Of a DNA stretch of 32,000 bases, positions 27,398-32,000 are shown in pieces (position 1 is the stretch's first letter; each line of letters begins with the position of its first letter). The DNA comes from Edaphobacter aggregans (GTDB lineage Bacteria > Acidobacteriota > Terriglobia > Terriglobales > Acidobacteriaceae), in NCBI RefSeq assembly GCF_003945235.1, contig NZ_RSDW01000001.1, forward strand, positions 5,880,001 through 5,912,000, in the 5' to 3' direction. The notes beneath the pieces are model-generated. The model saw only the letters and a list, made by a program, of their open reading frames with translations, was not told the DNA's origin and did no database searches. Made by a program: the position numbers and the translations under genes.

Positions 27398-28159
27398 GTG
27401 CTCTGGCGGCGTCCTGCGGAGATTGGGGGGTATGTCCTGGCGGGTGGGCGAAGCTCGCGGATGGGACAGGACAAGGCTTTGCTGGAGCTTGCCGGCAAGC
27501 CGCTGGTGCTGCATGCTGTGGTGAAGCTTCGCCGTGTATGTATGGAGGTGAGCGTTCTTGGCAACAATCCGGCACTGGACGCCTATGCACCGTTGGTGAA
27601 CGACCTGCACCCGGAGTGCGGGCCGATGGGTGGCATGGAGGCGGCGTTGCTTCACTCGCGGTACGACTGGAACCTGTTTCTGCCTGTGGACGTGCCGTTT
27701 GTGCCGACCGCTTATCTCTTTGGTTGGGTGAGGCATGCAGTGCTTCATGCAGGAGGGGCGGTCCCGAGGCGGATGGAGTTTGAGCTTCCTGGTGCGCATG
27801 CGCGTGTGTGGATGTTCAGGGTGGACGGCGTGCCGCAGCCGACGCTGGCACTGGTGCATCGCGAAGTTCGACCTTTCCTGACAGAGGCGCTGGAGCGAGG
27901 GGAGTACAAACTGTTTCCCGTGCTGGAGAAGGCTTGCAGGGAGATCTCCGTCGGGAAGGGGCTGTTGCCGGGTGTGGGGATGGTGGCGATTCCTTACTGG
28001 GATCAGTTCAGAGCGTGGCCCGGACCTCGACGGTTGGGTGAGGACTGGTGGTACACGACCGAGGCACAGGAGCGAGCCAGCGGAAGGTGGTTTGCGAATC
28101 TGAATACGCCGGAGGAGTTTGCGGAGGCAGAGCGGTTTGTGGATGCTCTCGACACATGA
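27398..28159 (+). CDS. MobA-like NTP transferase (molybdenum cofactor guanylyltransferase family) with C-terminal extension
   Basis: The GTG start abuts the upstream stop codon. The N-terminal signature is GYVLAGGRSSRMGQDKALLELAGKPLV, followed by PMGGMEAAL and LPVDVPFV. At 253 aa it is about 50 aa longer than typical MobA. Confidence 0.7.
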   Translation: MLWRRPAEIGGYVLAGGRSSRMGQDKALLELAGKPLVLHAVVKLRRVCMEVSVLGNNPALDAYAPLVNDLHPECGPMGGMEAALLHSRYDWNLFLPVDVPFVPTAYLFGWVRHAVLHAGGAVPRRMEFELPGAHARVWMFRVDGVPQPTLALVHREVRPFLTEALERGEYKLFPVLEKACREISVGKGLLPGVGMVAIPYWDQFRAWPGPRRLGEDWWYTTEAQERASGRWFANLNTPEEFAEAERFVDALDT

Positions 28160-28234
28160 TCGTATGGCAATTTTGCCAGCAGAAAGCTCCTGTGTTGCAT
28201 TAGATGGGAGAATAGCCAGAAGAGGATATGAACG

Positions 28235-29227
28235 ATGGCGGACCCGCAAGAGGACACGAAGCAACAGGATCCGATGAAGAGGGACAAGCCCGACGTTGTG
28301 GAGAAGACGGATGCGGAGGAGTCCGTACCTGTGTCTGACGATGCTGGGGCGGTGGATCAGGCGCCGCTGATTGAGGATGTATCAGCTGATGTGGCGCCGG
28401 TTGTTAGCGAGTTTATGGATCAGGCCGCGCAGCAGAATGAGGCTGCCGCCGAGGCAGTCCCTGATGTCAAAAATAAGCCGGGCTCGTACATCTCGTTCGA
28501 GCATGTGTATAAGTCGTTCGATGGCTTTGTCGTTCTTGAAGATGTGAGCTTTTGCGTGCTGCCGGGGGAGACGCTTTGTATCCTGGGGCGCAGCGGTGTG
28601 GGCAAGTCGGTCTCGCTGCAGATGCTGATGGGATTCCTGAAGCCGGATAGCGGCATTATTCGCGTTGCCGGGGAGAGCATCTGTGGCTACAACGAGACGC
28701 AGATGCAGGAGATTCGTCGGAAGGTGACGATGGTCTTCCAAAATGGGGCGTTGTTTGACTCAATTTCGGTGGGGGAGAATGTGGCTTTTCCGCTGAGGGA
28801 GCGTGGTGATCTTGCTGAAGACCAGATTCTTCAGGTGGTGAAAGGACTGCTCGAGATGGTGGGGGTGGCGGGGATGGAGGACGTGCTTCCGTCCGACCTC
28901 TCGACGGGGATGAAGCGATCGGTGGCGATTGCGCGGGCGCTGGCGTCGCAGCCGGAGGCCGTGTTGTACGACGAGCCGACCACGATGGTGGATCCGCTGA
29001 TGGCTCATCTGTTGGGGAACCTGATCGAGCGGCTGAAGCAGCAGCTTCATCTGACGAGCATTGTTGTGACGCATGACATGCGCTTCGCCAAGAAGCTCGC
29101 GGACCGGGTGGTCTTCCTGCATGGAGGAAAGGCACATTTCTTCGGCACCATGGAGGAGATGGAGCGGAGCGATGACCCGATTCTGCAGGAGTTCCTCGCA
29201 CTGGATGAACTGGTGATGCCGGCCTAA
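28235..29227 (+). CDS. ABC transporter ATP-binding protein, MlaF/Mkl-like, with acidic N-terminal extension
   Basis: Walker A is GRSGVGKS, the signature is LSTGMKRSVAIARAL, Walker B is VLYDEPT and the H-loop is VTHD. About 80 N-terminal residues are rich in D/E/A/V, so the true start may be further downstream. Confidence 0.85.
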   Translation: MADPQEDTKQQDPMKRDKPDVVEKTDAEESVPVSDDAGAVDQAPLIEDVSADVAPVVSEFMDQAAQQNEAAAEAVPDVKNKPGSYISFEHVYKSFDGFVVLEDVSFCVLPGETLCILGRSGVGKSVSLQMLMGFLKPDSGIIRVAGESICGYNETQMQEIRRKVTMVFQNGALFDSISVGENVAFPLRERGDLAEDQILQVVKGLLEMVGVAGMEDVLPSDLSTGMKRSVAIARALASQPEAVLYDEPTTMVDPLMAHLLGNLIERLKQQLHLTSIVVTHDMRFAKKLADRVVFLHGGKAHFFGTMEEMERSDDPILQEFLALDELVMPA

Positions 29228-29353
29228 GCACACCTGACCCAAAAGTGGCAGAGACAGTGTGCACCCCAGACGTGATGATGTAGTTTCTCCCTCCGGAAAA
29301 GAACGGATGAGGCGATTGTTATGCATGTGTGCCGTTAGTATGCTGCGAAAGGA

Positions 29354-29371
29354 AGTTGCGTAAACGCAGCT
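29354..29371. promoter_or_regulatory. 18-bp near-perfect palindrome in the long leader of the EPS transferase gene
   Basis: AGTTGCGTA-AACGCAGCT has 7 of 9 mirrored pairs complementary. It lies about 165 nt upstream of the ATG at 29534, in a region of about 47% GC. Confidence 0.25.
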
Positions 29372-29533
29372 CGAGATTAATGTAATCCGTAAGAGACTTT
29401 GATGTTTTGAGCCGGGTTCTCAACCACTGCAGAGACTGAAATTCATTTATTGGATAAGGAGCCTGAGAGTCTTCACGGGCATCCATACCAACTGTGTTGC
29501 CTAGGGAATATTGCGGTCGAGAGGCGTTCGCGA

Positions 29534-31048
29534 ATGGCAGCACCGGATTATTTGCAACAGGTTATTGTCTCTGGTAGAACGCGGGCCGCGGGGCAGCGAA
29601 AGACATACGCTACCCGGTTTGGAGCTTTTCGACGGCCTTCTGTCCCCAGCGTGGTTTGGGCCTCGCTGGATCTGCTCACTGTAAGCGTCGCTGCAATCAT
29701 TGCGCTGCGCCTGCATGAAGTTTTGCCGGATGAGATTCCGGCGCGTTACGTCCTTCCCCATCTCTTTCATGCACCGCCGCGGATGCTGTTCTTTTACGTG
29801 GGCTGGTTTGCGGTGTGTCTGATCTTTTTTACGCGGTCCTTTGGGCTGTATGGACCGATTCACAATCGCAGCGGTTTGAACGAACAGAGACTGACGGTCC
29901 AGGCCGCGTTGACCTCCGGCCTGTTGCTATGCGGCACGTTGTATGTGTCGAACGGAGAGTCGATCTCGCGAGTCGTCGTTTTGCTGATGATGGGGTTCAC
30001 GACGATACTGCTTTGCCTGCGGCGAGCGATTTGGCGGCGTATGGCTTATAAGCGCTATCGAGCTGGAATTGAGACGCGCAATGTACTGATCGTCGGAGCG
30101 GGGCGCGTTGGGCAGGCTTTACGCAATCATCTGGATTCGCTGGAGCACCTTGGATTCCGGTTCAAGGGCTTTGTAGCGCTGACAGAGCGGGAGGCAGAGT
30201 CGGGGGACGCGGACGTGATCGGCGATGTGCGGAACTGCCTTTCTCTAGCACGGTCTCTGTTTGTCGACGAGATTTTCTTCTCCGTGCCGGGGGACAAGAG
30301 GCTGGTTATCGGCATGGTGGAGGAGGCGCGAATGTTCGGCATCGATGTGCGCGTGGTGCCGGACTTGTATGACGGGCTGGCCTGGAATGCTCCGGTGGAG
30401 TATATCGGTCAGTTTCCGACGATTCCACTGCATCGACGGGAGTTCCCGATTGGGGCGTTTCTGTTGAAGCGTGTGCTGGATATTACCATCTCGTCGATTG
30501 CATTGCTGGTGGGGGCGCCGGCGATGCTGGCGACGGCGATCGCGGTACGAATGGATTCAGAGGGATCGATTTTCTACAGGGCGCAACGGATTGGAAGGAA
30601 GGGGCGCACATTCGCCTGCTACAAGTTCCGCACGATGGTGCAGGATGCAGACAAGCGCAAGGCGGACCTTGAGCATATGAACGAGCGGGATGGCGTGCTG
30701 TTCAAGATCGCGAATGATCCAAGGATTACGCGTGTAGGGGCTTGGTTGCGGAAGTATTCGCTGGACGAGCTGCCGCAGTTCTACAACGTTCTGAAGGGCG
30801 ATATGAGTCTCGTTGGCCCGCGGCCTCCGGTGGCCTCCGAGGTGGAGCAGTATGATCTGGCGCATCTACGTCGCCTGAATGTGCTGCCCGGAATTACGGG
30901 GCTTTGGCAGGTAGAGGCGCGGCAGGACCCCTCGTTTGACAGCTATATTTCGCTGGATACGGCGTATGTGGAGAATTGGAGCTTCTGGCTCGATTTGAAG
31001 ATTCTGGCACGAACGGTAAGTGTGGTGTTGAACGGTACGGGCACCTAA
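29534..31048 (+). CDS. Exopolysaccharide-biosynthesis polyprenyl glycosylphosphotransferase (WbaP/EpsB-type priming sugar transferase)
   Basis: The N-terminal half has multiple TM segments. The central region has VLIVGAGRVGQAL (Rossmann-like). The C-terminal Bac_transf domain has KRVLDITISSIALLVGAP, YKFRTM, FKIANDPRITRVGAWLRKYSLDELPQFYNVLKGDMSLVGPRP and YVENWSFWLDLKIL. Confidence 0.9.
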   Translation: MAAPDYLQQVIVSGRTRAAGQRKTYATRFGAFRRPSVPSVVWASLDLLTVSVAAIIALRLHEVLPDEIPARYVLPHLFHAPPRMLFFYVGWFAVCLIFFTRSFGLYGPIHNRSGLNEQRLTVQAALTSGLLLCGTLYVSNGESISRVVVLLMMGFTTILLCLRRAIWRRMAYKRYRAGIETRNVLIVGAGRVGQALRNHLDSLEHLGFRFKGFVALTEREAESGDADVIGDVRNCLSLARSLFVDEIFFSVPGDKRLVIGMVEEARMFGIDVRVVPDLYDGLAWNAPVEYIGQFPTIPLHRREFPIGAFLLKRVLDITISSIALLVGAPAMLATAIAVRMDSEGSIFYRAQRIGRKGRTFACYKFRTMVQDADKRKADLEHMNERDGVLFKIANDPRITRVGAWLRKYSLDELPQFYNVLKGDMSLVGPRPPVASEVEQYDLAHLRRLNVLPGITGLWQVEARQDPSFDSYISLDTAYVENWSFWLDLKILARTVSVVLNGTGT

Positions 31049-31064
31049 GCGGTAGACTTAAAGC

Positions 31065-32000
31065 GTGAAGATAGCTCTTGCGCAGATCAACCCGACGGTC
31101 GGAGACTTCGTCGGGAACACAAAGAAGATTCTTGAGTTTGCGGGCCGTGCTGCAGAGTTGGGCGCGGAACTTGTGGTCTTTCCTGAACTGGCGGTGTGCG
31201 GGTATCCACCGGCGGATTTCCTGGAGAAGAAGGTGTTCATCGCCAGGGCAGAGAAGGCCGTTGCGGAGATTGCGGCGTGGGCGGCAGCGGGGGGACGACC
31301 GGCGATTCTGTGTGGGACGGTCATGCCGGCTGCGTCACCGGTAGGCAAGCATGTGCGGAATGTTGCGGCGCTCTTGAGCGGCGGCACTGTGAGCTTCGTG
31401 CAGCAGAAGATGCTGCTTCCGTTTTATGACGTGTTCGATGAGCAACGGTACTTTGAGCCGGCTGCTCATCAGACGCTGACCTGTGTTGCTGGGGAGCCAC
31501 TGGCGATTACGGTTTGCGAGGATGCGTGGAACGATAAGAGCTTCTGGCCACGGCCCATCTATAAGATCGATCCGGTCGAAGTGTTGATGCGCGAGTGGGA
31601 CGCGCAGCCGAAGGAGCTTGCGGGGCGGCAACGCATCATTCTGAACATCTCTGCTTCGCCATACTGGCAGGGCAAGCCGGAAGTGCGGCAGAGGATGCTG
31701 GCTGCGCTGGCGGAGCGGCACGGCGCTTATGTGGCGATGGTGAATCAGGTGGGAGGCAACGACAGCCTGGTATTCGATGGTTCATCGCTGGTGATTCGGC
31801 CTGATGGGGAGGTTGTGGCACGGGCGGCCTCGTTCGCCGAGGACCTTGTGATCTTCGACGTAAAGGAAACAGCTCCGGTTGCGCCGGACGCTGCCGTAGA
31901 TGAGGTCGCGGCTATGTGGAACGCGTTGGTGCTGGGGACGCGCGACTATGTGTTGAAGTGCGGCTTCAAGAAGGTGCTGGTCGGGTTGAGCGGAGGCATC
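31065..32000 (+). CDS. nadE: Glutamine-dependent NAD+ synthetase, N-terminal part (3' end beyond window)
   Basis: This gene is not in the ORF track because the frame is open to the window edge. The GTG at 31065 gives VKIALAQINPTVGDF. The CN-hydrolase domain has VVFPELAVCGY and ITVCEDAW. The synthetase domain then begins LVGLSGGI at the window end. Confidence 0.88.
   Translation, partial: MKIALAQINPTVGDFVGNTKKILEFAGRAAELGAELVVFPELAVCGYPPADFLEKKVFIARAEKAVAEIAAWAAAGGRPAILCGTVMPAASPVGKHVRNVAALLSGGTVSFVQQKMLLPFYDVFDEQRYFEPAAHQTLTCVAGEPLAITVCEDAWNDKSFWPRPIYKIDPVEVLMREWDAQPKELAGRQRIILNISASPYWQGKPEVRQRMLAALAERHGAYVAMVNQVGGNDSLVFDGSSLVIRPDGEVVARAASFAEDLVIFDVKETAPVAPDAAVDEVAAMWNALVLGTRDYVLKCGFKKVLVGLSGGI

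Noticed and set aside
28165-28178. TGGCAATTTTGCCA as a sigma-54 promoter upstream of the ABC ATPase
   Set aside because: The GG-to-GC spacing is about 3 nt too short for a -24/-12 promoter. It is just a 6-2-6 palindrome, possibly a weak hairpin after the MobA-like gene.
26225-28264. A 679-aa ORF on the - strand spanning the M20 peptidase and MobA-like genes
   Set aside because: It is a shadow ORF rich in R/H/P/L/Q. It crosses a gene boundary on the other strand and has no domain signatures.

Overview
This is a GC-rich bacterial chromosomal segment. I estimate GC at about 60-65% in the core genes from hand counts of sampled lines. The PEP-CTERM sorting signal, an EPS priming glycosyltransferase and the CAA/GCA-rich hairpin repeats between genes suggest Acidobacteriota (Terriglobia-like), but that placement is inference only. 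About 33 protein-coding genes can be supported. Housekeeping genes are ffh, secA, xerD, xerC, nadE (3' end beyond the window), a class-III aminotransferase, an M20 peptidase and a MobA-like transferase. There is also an NtrC-family sigma-54 activator with its sensor kinase. Two paralogous DHA2/EmrB-type MFS exporters are present, one next to a TetR gene and one next to a MarR gene. The rest is a YceI protein, a rhodanese, a HEAT-repeat protein, a CE12/SGNH esterase, a SAM methyltransferase, a DUF488 protein, a cupin, an orphan MlaF-like ABC ATPase and an EPS priming phosphotransferase. I found no rRNA, tRNA or CRISPR array, and no convincing multi-gene novel system. The observations most worth a second look are: (1) a low-GC islet of about 2.3 kb against the 3' end of ffh, bracketed by an imperfect direct repeat of ffh coding sequence, which carries a twice-frameshifted RAYT/IS200-like gene with REP-like hairpins, a small secreted protein and a 288-aa orphan that may be co-transcribed with ffh; (2) a 16.5-copy heptanucleotide tandem array (CAGGTAT/CAGGTGT/TAGGTGT) filling the region upstream of the TetR-MFS unit; (3) a 35-bp divergent MFS/MarR intergenic region built entirely from four 7-bp half-sites; (4) a 14-nt motif present three times upstream of the TetR gene and its MFS gene; (5) a tightly packed xerD, small membrane ORF, xerC unit. 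All functional calls rest on motifs I recognised by eye, since no database search was possible.
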